64,000 nt of DNA from Candidatus Borrarchaeum weybense (GTDB taxonomy: Archaea > Asgardarchaeota > Sifarchaeia > Borrarchaeales > Borrarchaeaceae): positions 837,038-901,037 of the forward strand of contig JAHQJS010000006.1 of NCBI GenBank assembly GCA_019057385.1. The letters run 5' to 3'. The notes under the pieces were generated by a model, which did no database searches, had not been told where the DNA came from, and saw nothing but the letters and a program-made list of their open reading frames with translations. Within the stretch, counting starts at the first letter, position 1, and every line of letters begins with the position of its first letter. Made by a program: the position numbers and the translations under genes. Shown one piece after another: positions 19,602-30,819 of the stretch.

Positions 19602-20666
19602 TTATGATTTTTTTAATAACTTCTCCACACTTATCTCGATCCCTCGTGCAGTAAGCAATAGAATGGATGGGACCGACGGAAGTAGATAAAAAATAAATTG
19701 AGTAGTTCTAGGTAAGAGAAAGAAAAAACCATATTGGGTTATGAACCACAAGACTGGCAGTATTTCAGTGAAATTTACGTTGTTCTCTTTGTTCTTGATA
19801 GCTAAGTAGATTAAGTATATACTGGTTGGAATAGCAAGAAGATAAAGATATGGGTTGGCGACAGCTATTAGATCACAAGTATTTCGATAGAATACAAAGG
19901 GCTTTATGTTAAAAAGCCAGCCCTCTGGTCGACTTGCAAAAGGATGTTCAACATTCAATCCGAAACTCCATACTAGATAGAAAAGTGTATAGGCAGACCA
20001 CTTCCCTATGCCCTCAATGAACATAATCGGTAAAACTATCACAAAAAAGACTGCTATCGGAACACTAACAAACAATCGAATAAGTCTCCATTCCCTTATA
20101 TAGAGGAGATATAATACCACCCCGCATATAGAGAATACAGCAACAAATTTCACACTAGATGCAAGTCCAAAAAATACTGCCGATATAAAATATCTCTGAT
20201 AAGTGAAGGCAAGAAATGCAAAAGTAATGAAAAAGGTTAGGTAAATGTCTAACATGGCAATGCATGACATAGCATAAGTAAGCGGATCAATAAGGATGAA
20301 AACTCCGCTTAAGATACCAACTTTTTCATGCCAAATTTTTTTACCAATTAAATAAACAAGTGGCGAGATTAAACTTCCAAGAAACGCTCCATTAATCCTC
20401 CAGCCAAATGAATTGTCACCAAACATAAGAATTCCAAGACCTATGAGATATTTCCCAAGAGGCGGATGAACAAGATTAGGGTCGCTACCTGTGGATATTA
20501 AAGACCTTGCTGCTACAACATAATATATTTCATCAGAGATAATATGTGGCGGATGAGTTAATCTAAGAATTCTAGTAATAAAAGCCGTAGAAAATAGAAG
20601 AAGAATTACAATAATGTGCTTATGCTCTTTTACAATATTAATGAAATGATTCAATCGCAATTTCAT
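19602..20666 (-). CDS. Dolichyl-phosphate-mannose protein O-mannosyltransferase family (GT39/PMT)
   Basis: SDEIYYV (DE motif), HPPLGKYLI, FGWR, AMLDI, HPFAS. Confidence 0.88.
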   Translation of the reverse strand: MKLRLNHFINIVKEHKHIIVILLLFSTAFITRILRLTHPPHIISDEIYYVVAARSLISTGSDPNLVHPPLGKYLIGLGILMFGDNSFGWRINGAFLGSLISPLVYLIGKKIWHEKVGILSGVFILIDPLTYAMSCIAMLDIYLTFFITFAFLAFTYQRYFISAVFFGLASSVKFVAVFSICGVVLYLLYIREWRLIRLFVSVPIAVFFVIVLPIMFIEGIGKWSAYTLFYLVWSFGLNVEHPFASRPEGWLFNIKPFVFYRNTCDLIAVANPYLYLLAIPTSIYLIYLAIKNKENNVNFTEILPVLWFITQYGFFFLLPRTTQFIFYLLPSVPSILLLTARGIEISVEKLLKKS

Positions 20667-20795
20667 ACATCTCTTAGAAGAACTAAGTCCTTTTACTATT
20701 TGATTTATTTCACCATAGATTTTATGATGTAGATTAATCAGTGTGCTTTTTATCCTTTAGACCACAAATTATCTGACTATTGATTCAACTAGGAT

Positions 20796-21746
20796 ATGAA
20801 CAAAATGGTAAGTGTTATCACTTGTGGAGCGATTAATAGCGACATTAAGCTTTTTGTAAAGAGGTTTCCTAAAATAGGAGAAGAAGTCCCGATAAAACAG
20901 ATAGGGAGAGTTCCTGGAGGAAAAGCAGCAAATGTTGCAGTAGCAGCAGCGCGAGTTTCTGATCCACATGCCGTGGCAATATTTGGAGGAGTTGGTCATG
21001 ACGAGATCGGAAAAGAGCAGATAAATTTACTGAAACAAGAAGGTGTAGTTACAGATGGAATCAAAATCGTAGACAACATAGAATCTGGTCAAGCATATAT
21101 TGTCATCGATGAAGGTGGACAGAACGTTATACATACTTACTTCGGTGCAAATAATGAGATAGAACCACAAGATATAATATCACCAGAACGAATAGCGCTA
21201 ATTAAAGAAGCGAAAATAATAGCAATTTCCGATCCTCCCTTAGAAACTGCTACAATGCTGGCCAAACTTGGGAGTGAATACAAAGCAGAAATTCTTTGGG
21301 ATCCTGGTACAAAGATAAGTGAGGGGCTATCAGGACTCTCAAAATGTCTTAATTTTGTGGATTTTTTACTTCTTAATGAAGTAGAAGCGGAAACTCTTAC
21401 TGGTTGTACAGATCTTTCAGAAGCGGTCGAATCAATTTCTAAGTTTAATAAGAATCTAAAAATAATCTTTAAACAGGGTAAGAATGGATGTATTTGTGCC
21501 TTCAATCAAGAAATAATGAAGATTCCAGGAATTGACTTGGAAAAAATGGGACTCAAAGTGGTTTCCACAGTAGGATCTGGAGACGCGTTTTTCGGTGTTA
21601 TTGCTGCATTCCTGAGTATAAAACATTCAATAAAAGATGCTTTAATTCATGCAAATGCTGCTGGTGCATTAAATGCTACACGTCCTGAAACAAGAGGTAG
21701 CCCTACTAAGACACAACTGAGCACATTTCTTAAGAAATTAGATTAA
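20796..21746 (+). CDS. Ribokinase / PfkB carbohydrate kinase
   Basis: GGKAANVAVAAAR, LNEVEAE, STVGSGDAF. Confidence 0.92.
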   Translation: MNKMVSVITCGAINSDIKLFVKRFPKIGEEVPIKQIGRVPGGKAANVAVAAARVSDPHAVAIFGGVGHDEIGKEQINLLKQEGVVTDGIKIVDNIESGQAYIVIDEGGQNVIHTYFGANNEIEPQDIISPERIALIKEAKIIAISDPPLETATMLAKLGSEYKAEILWDPGTKISEGLSGLSKCLNFVDFLLLNEVEAETLTGCTDLSEAVESISKFNKNLKIIFKQGKNGCICAFNQEIMKIPGIDLEKMGLKVVSTVGSGDAFFGVIAAFLSIKHSIKDALIHANAAGALNATRPETRGSPTKTQLSTFLKKLD

Positions 21747-21842
21747 ATAAGAACTGCTCAAGCAAAGGGTATAGAATCGCTTAGAAAACACTCTAATATA
21801 TAAGAACAAAAAAAATGAAAAGAAAGGGTGAAAAATCATTGT

Positions 21843-23105
21843 TTATAGATAGATCTCTCTTGCCTTTTCAGTATCAATCAAGTTAACAGGGATAATAAGT
21901 ACTAGCATAAATGTTGCCACAAGGAAAAATGTACCTTCCATGCCAAGGCTTGGAACAACAACTCCAGCAAGTCCGCGACCAACAAATGTTCCAATATTCA
22001 AAAATGCCATATAGAGTGCAAACATAATACCTGCAATTTTTGGTTTCGTTATATCCATGAATATTGCAATCTGAGCAACTCTTCCAAAGCCAACAGCTAA
22101 GAATATGAACACCCAGACATAATATAGCTCTGTCAAAGTGGTCACGAGTGCAGTGAGAACATATCCAGCTGCGAAACAAAGTAAGGCAACTGACAACACT
22201 TTTTTCTGACCGAATTGTTGTATTTTTTCCCCTAGTAGCCATCCAATTATTGCTCCGACTATAGCAAAGATAGAGGTCACCGCAGTAAATGCACCAACCT
22301 GATAAACAGTGGCTCCGAATTTCATGACCATCCATGGCTCGAAAAAGAAGTCTGTCATACCAGAATCTATATTATAGAACGCGGCAAAAATTAGTCCCCA
22401 TATCACAAATCGTTGATTCGAAAAGATATCCTTTAAGTTATCTTTGCTGAAAAAATCCTTTATATCATCCGTTGTGACGCTTTCTGCTTTACTTACTTCT
22501 TTTTCAGGTGCGAAGATTACAAAGAGGAGTGTAGTAGTCGATACAAGCGCCCCAATAACGAAACCAGTGACAAAACTACCTGCCATAAGAATAGATCCAA
22601 TCACAAAGCCAGCAAATAATGTACCAAGATATGAGCCGATCCATAGGACCATACTAAGCAAATTTCGTTTTGTTGTTTCATTTTCAACGCTCAAGGCATC
22701 TACACAAGTGTCAAGCATTGACCATCCGAGATTTTGGAAGAACCAAACTGTTACATAGAGTATTCCATTTGTCGGGTCGATTATCACCAGAAACGGCAAT
22801 AAAGCGAAATTTAAAACGCTTCCTAATACTATATAGGGCCTTCTTCTTAAGTTTCTTCCAAATAGGGTAAATGAGTACTTGTCACTAATAAATCCCCAAA
22901 TTGGTTTTGCCAACCATGGAATAAATGCTACTGTGGAATATATAGCTACAGTGACTATATCTAACCCCATGAACACAATTAAGTAGATAGGAAGAAATGT
23001 CGAAGTTAAGATTGACGCAATACCCTCTACGAAATAAGTGCCAGAAACTAATGGATAATACCGTATCCTTGAAATATCTTCACTTTCTCCACCCATTTTA
23101 ATCAA
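21843..23105 (-). CDS. MFS transporter (BT1/AmpG-like)
   Basis: PWLAKPIWGFISD, RRRPY, DTCVDAL; 12 TM. Confidence 0.85.
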   Translation of the reverse strand: MIKMGGESEDISRIRYYPLVSGTYFVEGIASILTSTFLPIYLIVFMGLDIVTVAIYSTVAFIPWLAKPIWGFISDKYSFTLFGRNLRRRPYIVLGSVLNFALLPFLVIIDPTNGILYVTVWFFQNLGWSMLDTCVDALSVENETTKRNLLSMVLWIGSYLGTLFAGFVIGSILMAGSFVTGFVIGALVSTTTLLFVIFAPEKEVSKAESVTTDDIKDFFSKDNLKDIFSNQRFVIWGLIFAAFYNIDSGMTDFFFEPWMVMKFGATVYQVGAFTAVTSIFAIVGAIIGWLLGEKIQQFGQKKVLSVALLCFAAGYVLTALVTTLTELYYVWVFIFLAVGFGRVAQIAIFMDITKPKIAGIMFALYMAFLNIGTFVGRGLAGVVVPSLGMEGTFFLVATFMLVLIIPVNLIDTEKAREIYL

Positions 23106-23287
23106 CCAGCAGAAACTTTACTATTTTATAAGTATTATACGGTGCTTCTTTTTTTGTAGTAGAAGAAGTTAGTAGACAAATATCACTTCTTAATAATAAA
23201 TCTATGCGTCAATGAGTATTAACTCTCATCAACTTTTTGATTTCCTTGTCTGGAATGCCGATAATCAGGAAGAAAACTCGTGCACAA

Positions 23288-24493
23288 TTAAACATTACTC
23301 ACAGGTGTCCTCAGTTCCCTATCAGGAATTCCGACCAAGAGGAAAAAAATACCGCCTACTAACACACATACTGCAGGTAATAAGAAACTGTATACTGGAG
23401 CTATGGTTTCCCATAATATACCAGATATAATCGGACCAATTATCCCTCCTGACATTTTCAAAACGTTCAATATGCTAACAGTTCTTCCACGAATCTCGAT
23501 CGAGGTAAGGTTCATCATGTATGATGTGCCTGCATTTAAAATCATCGAATTACCAGTTCCAAAAAAAATCAAAGCCACCGTTAAGCCTATAAAACTGCCT
23601 TGTGTCCCGATTAAATAGAAAGAAAATGCTGCAACGAGGAGTCCAATACCCAGTGTATTCTTATTGGAGTACTTATCAGCAAGTTTTCCCGTCGGCACAG
23701 AAGTAATGAAATACGCGATCATATAAACGAACCATGCTATGCCGACGTAATTCAAAGTTAAATCATACTGGAGTATCATGAAGATGGACAAAACAGGCAT
23801 TATTGCGGCCACACCAAAGTTGGCTAATATAATTGCGATGAGATAGATTATCAGGGGTCGTCTTGTTTTTTCACTAAATATGCGTTTCAAGTTAATTTTG
23901 TATCGCTCCTCAATATCCAACCTTAGGGTTTCCCTCATCAGCAATACCACGACAATCAATGAAACAAAACAAAGTAACGAGCCAATCAAGAAAGAGAAAA
24001 AGAATGAGAGCGTTGTCGCCACAAATCCGCTCAAAAAATACCCTACAATAATTGCCCCCGCACCAGCAGCATGATATATACCATAGGCACTGCCTCTTTC
24101 CTCATCTGTTACTACATCTGCAATTGCAGATTGTGCAGCGGGTTTGAATGAAGAATCCCCCAATCCTTCAAGTGAATACAACACCCCGAATGCCATAGGT
24201 TTATCTGCTAATATCCTAAGAAGATAAGAAAACGCATAACCTAAAAGTCCTAACATCATGGTGGGTTTTCTCCCTTTTTTATCGGAAAATATACCAAAAG
24301 GAATAGGAAATACCACAAAAGCTGCTGTATAAAAAGCGTAAATCAATCCAATCGTAAGCACATCGAAGCTCATCACGTCATATAAAAAAAGCGTGAAAAC
24401 TGGTGTGATAAGACCCGCACCAAGAGCGGCAATCCCAGTAATTGCAGAAAGAAAAAGAACAATACGTTTTGATATACCATCCATAAACTTCAC
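23288..24493 (-). CDS. MFS transporter
   Basis: GIFSDKKGRK motif A, ERGSAYG; 12 TM. Confidence 0.88.
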   Translation of the reverse strand: MKFMDGISKRIVLFLSAITGIAALGAGLITPVFTLFLYDVMSFDVLTIGLIYAFYTAAFVVFPIPFGIFSDKKGRKPTMMLGLLGYAFSYLLRILADKPMAFGVLYSLEGLGDSSFKPAAQSAIADVVTDEERGSAYGIYHAAGAGAIIVGYFLSGFVATTLSFFFSFLIGSLLCFVSLIVVVLLMRETLRLDIEERYKINLKRIFSEKTRRPLIIYLIAIILANFGVAAIMPVLSIFMILQYDLTLNYVGIAWFVYMIAYFITSVPTGKLADKYSNKNTLGIGLLVAAFSFYLIGTQGSFIGLTVALIFFGTGNSMILNAGTSYMMNLTSIEIRGRTVSILNVLKMSGGIIGPIISGILWETIAPVYSFLLPAVCVLVGGIFFLLVGIPDRELRTPVSNV

Positions 24494-24610
24494 TAAAACA
24501 AAATATCGTAAAATAGTATTTAAGTCCCTAACAAAGAAACTTAATTTAATCCCTTTGCAGACAATTAGCTTTCATTCTACAACATAAGTAGAAAAAGGTT
24601 TGAGCGGTGT

Positions 24611-24841
24611 TTAAGCGCAGATAGGTAAGTTAAAGACCACGTTGGTGCTACCTAATAGCACTCTTATCCGCAGAACTGTTACTTTTCGTATATGTTGCAA
24701 GATTTGATTGAGATAATGTTCAAGCATAGATTCTTCAACATTCTCTATATTTAGTCGAATCCAGGTTTCATCAGAGTCTTCAATAGTAACTTCACCGCTC
24801 TTAATAAAGCCCAAAGCATCTAAGTCATTAAAAATGTTCAT
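24611..24841 (-). CDS. Small hypothetical protein
   Basis: 76-aa ORF preceded by a GGAGG RBS. Confidence 0.55.
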   Translation of the reverse strand: MNIFNDLDALGFIKSGEVTIEDSDETWIRLNIENVEESMLEHYLNQILQHIRKVTVLRIRVLLGSTNVVFNLPICA

Positions 24842-25399
24842 CTAGTTTCGACCTCCTGTATTGTTCGGTAGTGAAAACCTGTTTCAGACTTTACATTGGC
24901 CATGGACCGCCAGGACCCATTCACATAACCTCCTTTGCAATTTTTCACAAACATTTGAACCCTCTCATTGGATAAGAACTATATTGGATATAACTAGTAG
25001 TTAGTCTTTATAAACGAGTAGCTTAGGTTGCCCAATTTCTAGAAATCTTCAATTACTGAGAACTTAGCAATTTTTTTTGTCGGTATTTTTCGCAATAAAT
25101 TTCAAAAAGGAATTTACAAGATCTTTTTAATAACACTTCAACTAATGAACTTCAATAGGAGTTATGTCGGATACAGATAACCACAAAAGCGAAAAGTAGT
25201 TTTTACAGAATTCCCAAAACTCCCAAATATAATACCCCAATGTTACGACAAAGTCTAATCAAATTGCCGACAAAAAAGAAGATCTCACAAAAAGATTTAC
25301 AAGATTCCCCAAATTTAAATGGCTTACGAGCGAAGATTCTAGATATTTTTGAGCCATCCTGAAAAGTTTTTTATATTACTAAAACTATGTATATAAATT

Positions 25400-27007
25400 A
25401 TGGCGCCTTCTGGGGAAGAAATCACTATTTCTGAAGATCATAAGGAAACAACTCAACCTGAAGGTCTTGAGACACTACAAAATGAACTTGTTTTTATTGC
25501 GAAATTTCTTGCAACCCCCATCCCTCAGAGGGAAAAACTTGATGTAGAACATTACATGTCTTTCAACCGGCAAAAAAGATTGATGAATCTTTTTTTAGAC
25601 TACTTCTTACCGACAAAGATATTTCCAGAGACCGTAGAAGAGGATCTTGCCTATTTACTCGCATATAATCTATTAGATGTTCTTGAAAAAGAGGAATTAC
25701 TCAAGGAATGGTATAAACTACGCGGTTTAAATCCCAATAAGCCCGATGAGATATTTACCGAATGCGAGGATGGATCAACCTATCGAAGTGTACACGATTT
25801 ATTGGAGGCAGACTCCCGCACTTTCGGTCAGTTTCTCCCCACATTATTAAAGAAAATGCAGCGACTGAGAAAATATATTACGGAACCTCTCGAATTAGAT
25901 GAAACCACCCGCTATTTAGATAATATTTGGCTTAGTCAAAAACCGACACTATCAAAAAACGACATTAATGTTATTCTCTATATTGACGCCCGCCCCTTTG
26001 CTAAGAATAAGGAGATTGCTCAAGCAGTAGACATGCACGAAAACTCAATAAGTTATATATTGGATCGCTTAGAAAAATTGTGTCGTTTTGGTGTGTTCGG
26101 TCGACCGAACCTTGGGAAATTAGGTCTTCAAAAAATAATTGTCAAAACAGAAGGTAACATCACCATTGACTTTCCCTACTTAATATCAACTCAAGAACTA
26201 CGTGCTGGCAATGTAGTAAAGTTGTTCCCCTTCCATATCCCCAGAAAAAGGGATATATATATTCGAGAATTCTATGATTCTTTAAAAAGCCATCTAGAAC
26301 TTGAAATGTATCGGCTCATAGAACTGAAGGATAATCTCTCGTTCCAATACTATGATCAAGAGACTCAGGAATGGGATATCGATTGGGATATTTGGACGTT
26401 ATGGCTGGAACGTTTCCTCTATAAAGAAGGATATAACGAAATCGGTCCTGATATTACAAAGATTAGAGTTAGTGATCAAACACCTATTTCATTTGACTCT
26501 AAAGACCTTCAAATCATTGACTATTATAAGAATAACTTAAGAATGCCGATGTCTCACATAGGGGAACACGTCGGTATGACAAAAGCAGGTGCACGCCATA
26601 GAGTCAAGAAATTGAGAGATAATGATGTCATCGTTCCGTTTGTCACTTTAATGCAAATTGGGTTAGATGAACAAATCGTGGTGTTATATACTGGCGAGGA
26701 AGAATATTTAAACTCCTTTGAGGCTGCACTCTTTGAATTACCCGTAGTATATAGTTACTCACTTCAGGGATTTCCAGATACAACTAAAAAATGTCTTCTT
26801 GCTTGGCTACAGGTACCATCAGGTAGTTTTGTCAAATTTGCCGATGCCGTGACGAGCACTCTAAAAGAAAGTGAATCAATTTGGCTCGGTCATCGCTATC
26901 TTCTTAGATCTAGTGCGCGATTGATTCCTATTGATATGTTCGACCCCGAAACGAAAAAATGGCGCTGGGGTAAAGATGTGCTTGCTCAACTAAAGATTGA
27001 AAAATAA
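25400..27007 (+). CDS. Large transcriptional regulator with two Lrp/AsnC/MarR-like winged-HTH modules
   Basis: LSKNDINVI...KEIAQAVDMHENSISYILDRLE and DSKDLQII...MSHIGEHVGMTKAGARHRVKKL. Confidence 0.75.
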   Translation: MAPSGEEITISEDHKETTQPEGLETLQNELVFIAKFLATPIPQREKLDVEHYMSFNRQKRLMNLFLDYFLPTKIFPETVEEDLAYLLAYNLLDVLEKEELLKEWYKLRGLNPNKPDEIFTECEDGSTYRSVHDLLEADSRTFGQFLPTLLKKMQRLRKYITEPLELDETTRYLDNIWLSQKPTLSKNDINVILYIDARPFAKNKEIAQAVDMHENSISYILDRLEKLCRFGVFGRPNLGKLGLQKIIVKTEGNITIDFPYLISTQELRAGNVVKLFPFHIPRKRDIYIREFYDSLKSHLELEMYRLIELKDNLSFQYYDQETQEWDIDWDIWTLWLERFLYKEGYNEIGPDITKIRVSDQTPISFDSKDLQIIDYYKNNLRMPMSHIGEHVGMTKAGARHRVKKLRDNDVIVPFVTLMQIGLDEQIVVLYTGEEEYLNSFEAALFELPVVYSYSLQGFPDTTKKCLLAWLQVPSGSFVKFADAVTSTLKESESIWLGHRYLLRSSARLIPIDMFDPETKKWRWGKDVLAQLKIEK

Positions 27008-27067
27008 GCTAACTAAGAAAAATTGAAATTTCTTTCTTGCATTAAAAAAAAGACCAAAATCTAGATT

Positions 27068-27547
27068 TTAAGATGCCACTTCTTCTGTAAAGTCTCCTAA
27101 TACATTAGCAACTGCTTTTTCTACAATTTTCTTGGCATTTTCAGTAAATTGTAAGTCATCATTGTCAATAACATGCACGTAATCAATTTGATAAGATCCG
27201 TCATTCCATAAAGTTATTGATCCAACCACATGTCCAATTTCTGATACAATGCCTACATTTACTATTGCCATTTCAATTAAGTCGGTGAGATCTCCCAATC
27301 CACTAAGAATTTCTAAAGCACTTCTAATTCGAAAGTTAGTATTCTTTGATATTTCTCTTAAGGAAATCACACAGTAACAGTCTGCCAATCGTCCAAGTTG
27401 CAATTCGTCCTGAAAAAATTCTTTAACAGTGGGAAGAATTTCCCTTTCAATTATAGCGCTATCATCTAATATTAGAAGGAGATCACCCAAGTTACTCTGT
27501 TCGCCTACTTCAGTTACCTGTAACAGTTGATTTTTCCAATTGAACAA
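27068..27547 (-). CDS. Hypothetical protein
   Basis: 159-aa ORF with a GAGGGG RBS; no recognised motif. Confidence 0.6.
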   Translation of the reverse strand: MFNWKNQLLQVTEVGEQSNLGDLLLILDDSAIIEREILPTVKEFFQDELQLGRLADCYCVISLREISKNTNFRIRSALEILSGLGDLTDLIEMAIVNVGIVSEIGHVVGSITLWNDGSYQIDYVHVIDNDDLQFTENAKKIVEKAVANVLGDFTEEVAS

Positions 27548-27828
27548 TATTTCCCCTCTAAGAGACTATTAGTGCACCTTTAGTTGTTTGAGTTCTCAAG
27601 TGTTTCAACTTTTTTACTATTTTCCTAAATAAATGTTCTTGATTTTAAACATATAATTTTGGATTTCTTCAGCATCATCTTACAAAGATATTCTGTTTAT
27701 ACTTCGCGGATGCCTGTAAATTGTCTTAAAGATTACCACAGTCCATAAATATGACATTTTGAATTTTTTTTCTCTGAACAACTATAGTGTAGTAGCATTT
27801 CATTTCTTATAAAAACTTAATGCATTAT

Positions 27829-28722
27829 TCATATAGACCCTATCAAGAATCCTACAAGTCCAAAAAGTGCTCCAATTTTGGCAAAAAGACTTGATTTATG
27901 TTGTTTTTCTTTAGATGTGAAATCTAAAAGAAGTATTATTATTGAAAGTGATACCGCACTATCACCTAAGATTAGGAAAGGAATAAACCAGATATTTACA
28001 AAAGATAAAACCCAAATTAGTGAGAAAAATATAATAGCGAATACCCCACAAATTGCCGCTGATAAAGCAGCGATCTTATAACCATAAACCATGGCTATAG
28101 TCTCTACTTGACGGATTTTATCTCCTTCAACATCTTCCATACCTTTTATGATCTCTCTGCTTTGTAACATAAAAAAGGATGATAAAAAGAAAATAATTAT
28201 AACTAGAGAACTTGCAAGTTGATTCAAGGCGCCTGTAATGACTCCTCCATAGATATAACCAAATGAAAAGGAAATTGCGACCATAAAATTTCCAAAAACT
28301 CCCATTATTTTCCCTTTCGCAGCATATACGAAACCAATAACTGAAAAGAAAACTGCGATAATTGGACACCAAAATCCAGCAGGACTAATCGGAACTGTTA
28401 AGAAAGAGAGAATTATGCCAATAGCCCATAATACAATGGAATAGATTTTTGCTTGTCTGAGAGACACAACACCGCTGGGAATCGGGCGATCGGGTCTATT
28501 AATTTTATCGATCTCGATATCATATATATCATTCACGACGTTTCCTGCAGCGGCAATAAACATATATGTAAGATAAGAGAGAATTAAAACAACAAAAAAC
28601 GTTAACTGAGAGTATAACGGGATATAAAATTGTCTTGTAATCATAACGCCAATGATTGAAGTGAGGCCGCCCATTAAACAGTTGATTGGACGTGTAATTT
28701 TGACAAATGCTGTAATAGCCAA
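27829..28722 (-). CDS. Digeranylgeranylglyceryl phosphate synthase (UbiA prenyltransferase)
   Basis: ITRPINC, NDIYDIEIDKINRPDRPIPSG, REIIKGMEDVEGD. Confidence 0.9.
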   Translation of the reverse strand: MAITAFVKITRPINCLMGGLTSIIGVMITRQFYIPLYSQLTFFVVLILSYLTYMFIAAAGNVVNDIYDIEIDKINRPDRPIPSGVVSLRQAKIYSIVLWAIGIILSFLTVPISPAGFWCPIIAVFFSVIGFVYAAKGKIMGVFGNFMVAISFSFGYIYGGVITGALNQLASSLVIIIFFLSSFFMLQSREIIKGMEDVEGDKIRQVETIAMVYGYKIAALSAAICGVFAIIFFSLIWVLSFVNIWFIPFLILGDSAVSLSIIILLLDFTSKEKQHKSSLFAKIGALFGLVGFLIGSI

Positions 28723-28768
28723 TATTTTATCTCCACAGGAGTGTTTCTATTGAATATTTTAATTCAAT

Positions 28769-29479
28769 TTAGGCAATTATTTCTTCGCTTTCAATTATTC
28801 CATCTCTAAAGCGAATAAGCCTATTGCCTTTTTTACCTATTGACTGGTCATGAGTTACAATAAGAAATGTTGTGCCTTGTTCTTTATTGATTTGTTCCAT
28901 CAATTCAACAATTTCAGCGCCAGTCTTTGTGTCGATATCTCCTGTCGGCTCGTCTGCCAAGATCAAAGAAGGATCATTTGCAAGCGCACGAGCAATAGAA
29001 ACACGTTGTTGCTCGCCGCCACTAAGTTCATCAGGCCTGTGATGTAATCTATCTCCTAGTCCAACTGTCTCTAGAAGTTCTTTTGCACGTTCTTGTCGTT
29101 CTTGCTTCGATTTTTTAGCAATTAGCATTGGAAGTTCAACATTTTCAAACGCTGTTAACACCGGGATAAGATTATAAAATTGGAAAATGAAGCCAAGTTT
29201 GTATCTGCGAAGATCTGTAACCTTTTTATCGCTTAATTCTGTGACGTTCACTCCGTCAATGTAAACTTCACCTTCAGTTGGTGCATCCAATGCACCAATC
29301 ATATTGAGAAACGTCGACTTTCCGCATCCTGAAGGTCCCATGATGATCACAAATTCACCTTTATAGAGTTTGAAATCAATTCCTTTTAAGGCCTGAACTA
29401 CTGTTCTACCCATGACGTAGTCTTTCCTTAGATTAACAGTTTCAACAACTATCCCGTTTTGCATTAATAGCCCGTCCAT
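28769..29479 (-). CDS. LolD/MacB-type ABC ATPase (no adjacent permease)
   Basis: GPSGCGKST, LSGGEQQRV, ADEPTG. Confidence 0.92.
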   Translation of the reverse strand: MDGLLMQNGIVVETVNLRKDYVMGRTVVQALKGIDFKLYKGEFVIIMGPSGCGKSTFLNMIGALDAPTEGEVYIDGVNVTELSDKKVTDLRRYKLGFIFQFYNLIPVLTAFENVELPMLIAKKSKQERQERAKELLETVGLGDRLHHRPDELSGGEQQRVSIARALANDPSLILADEPTGDIDTKTGAEIVELMEQINKEQGTTFLIVTHDQSIGKKGNRLIRFRDGIIESEEIIA

Positions 29480-29565
29480 ACCAATGTCGCTTTTTAGAAT
29501 TAAAAAACTAACTTGCAGTGTTATACAAACTGTTTGATATAAAAACTTAAGTGTCTGTGAACTGA

Positions 29566-30534
29566 TTAATTTGTTTTTGTAAGTTTGAGTTTCTTTACTA
29601 ATTCCTTATACCGTGTGCGAAGTGTTACTTCTGTGATTTGAGCGGCTTCACAAACCTCGCTTTGTGTGCGTCGTTCATCTAACTCAATAGCAGCTATATA
29701 GACTACAGCTGCAGCAATACCTATCGGCAATTTTCCTCGCGTTATATGTAATTCTTTAGCTTGCTCTAGAATCTCAAGAGATCTTACTTGTACTTCGCCA
29801 CTTAATTCCAAATCTGTTGCAAGTCGTGGAATATATTCATCTGGTTCTATAAGAGGAATATGTAGTTGTGGAAGTTTATTGAGAAGAATTCTATAAACTC
29901 GTGCTACTTCTTTTTTTGAAATACGTTTACTCATTTCAGCAATTTCTTCCAAAGTTCTGGTCGATTTTTGAAGGCGAGCCGCCGCATACAGTGCTGCAGC
30001 GACAACAGCATTTATTGATCTTCCTTTCGTGATACCTTCGCTGAAGGCATCCTTGTATATTTTTTTAGCACTCTCCAAAATACCTGAAGGCATATCTAAT
30101 TGTGAACTAATCCGTTTCAATTCCGCCATTGCGCGTGCCAAATTTCGTCTACCCGGTTCCCCCATTTCAGCTCTAACTTGGGTTCTTCTTAGACGATCTA
30201 TTCGGGCTCTTCCCTCTGGAGAAAATCCTTTTCCGAATATATCCTTTTGATCTCTTCCTATTTTCGTTGATAAATATCTGTCTGGGGCTGTTAGAGAACT
30301 AGGTGGTCCAATTCGACTTTTCTTATCATGGTCTTCAGGAGAGAAAGCACGCCATTCAGGTCTGCTATCGATGAGAGAATCCGAAATAACAAGTCCACAA
30401 TTACCACATTTTATTTCGCCCCGCTCTTCATCACTCAAAATATGAGTTGATCCACATTCAGGGCATTTAAGAGGAAAGGCGTCTACTTTTTTCGTATCTT
30501 TTTCGTTTTCGGTCAAAAATTCCCCACTCATCAC
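29566..30534 (-). CDS. tfb: Transcription initiation factor IIB
   Basis: CPECG..C.NCG Zn ribbon, PEWRAF B-reader, two cyclin repeats, TEVTLRTRYKEL. Confidence 0.95.
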   Translation of the reverse strand: MMSGEFLTENEKDTKKVDAFPLKCPECGSTHILSDEERGEIKCGNCGLVISDSLIDSRPEWRAFSPEDHDKKSRIGPPSSLTAPDRYLSTKIGRDQKDIFGKGFSPEGRARIDRLRRTQVRAEMGEPGRRNLARAMAELKRISSQLDMPSGILESAKKIYKDAFSEGITKGRSINAVVAAALYAAARLQKSTRTLEEIAEMSKRISKKEVARVYRILLNKLPQLHIPLIEPDEYIPRLATDLELSGEVQVRSLEILEQAKELHITRGKLPIGIAAAVVYIAAIELDERRTQSEVCEAAQITEVTLRTRYKELVKKLKLTKTN

Positions 30535-30819
30535 AAAATTTTGTCTATTTTGAAAATTCTAATTATTTGAGTGGCTCATTCATTTCAACTCCCCTCTATT
30601 TATAGTTTTTAGAAGCGGAAATCAAGTTTTCATGCAATTTTTGGTTCTTAACGAATTAAAAAATAAACAAAAAAATATATTGCGAGGTTAATGAAAGAAA
30701 TGAAGTCCTACCTACCTAAAAGAAGAGTTTTTTCAAGCAGTAATGATAAAACAAAAGATTAATGTAGTGTGTTTAACGAAGTAAAACCTGATAAAGTTAA
30801 GATTAATGGAGGTTTAGGT

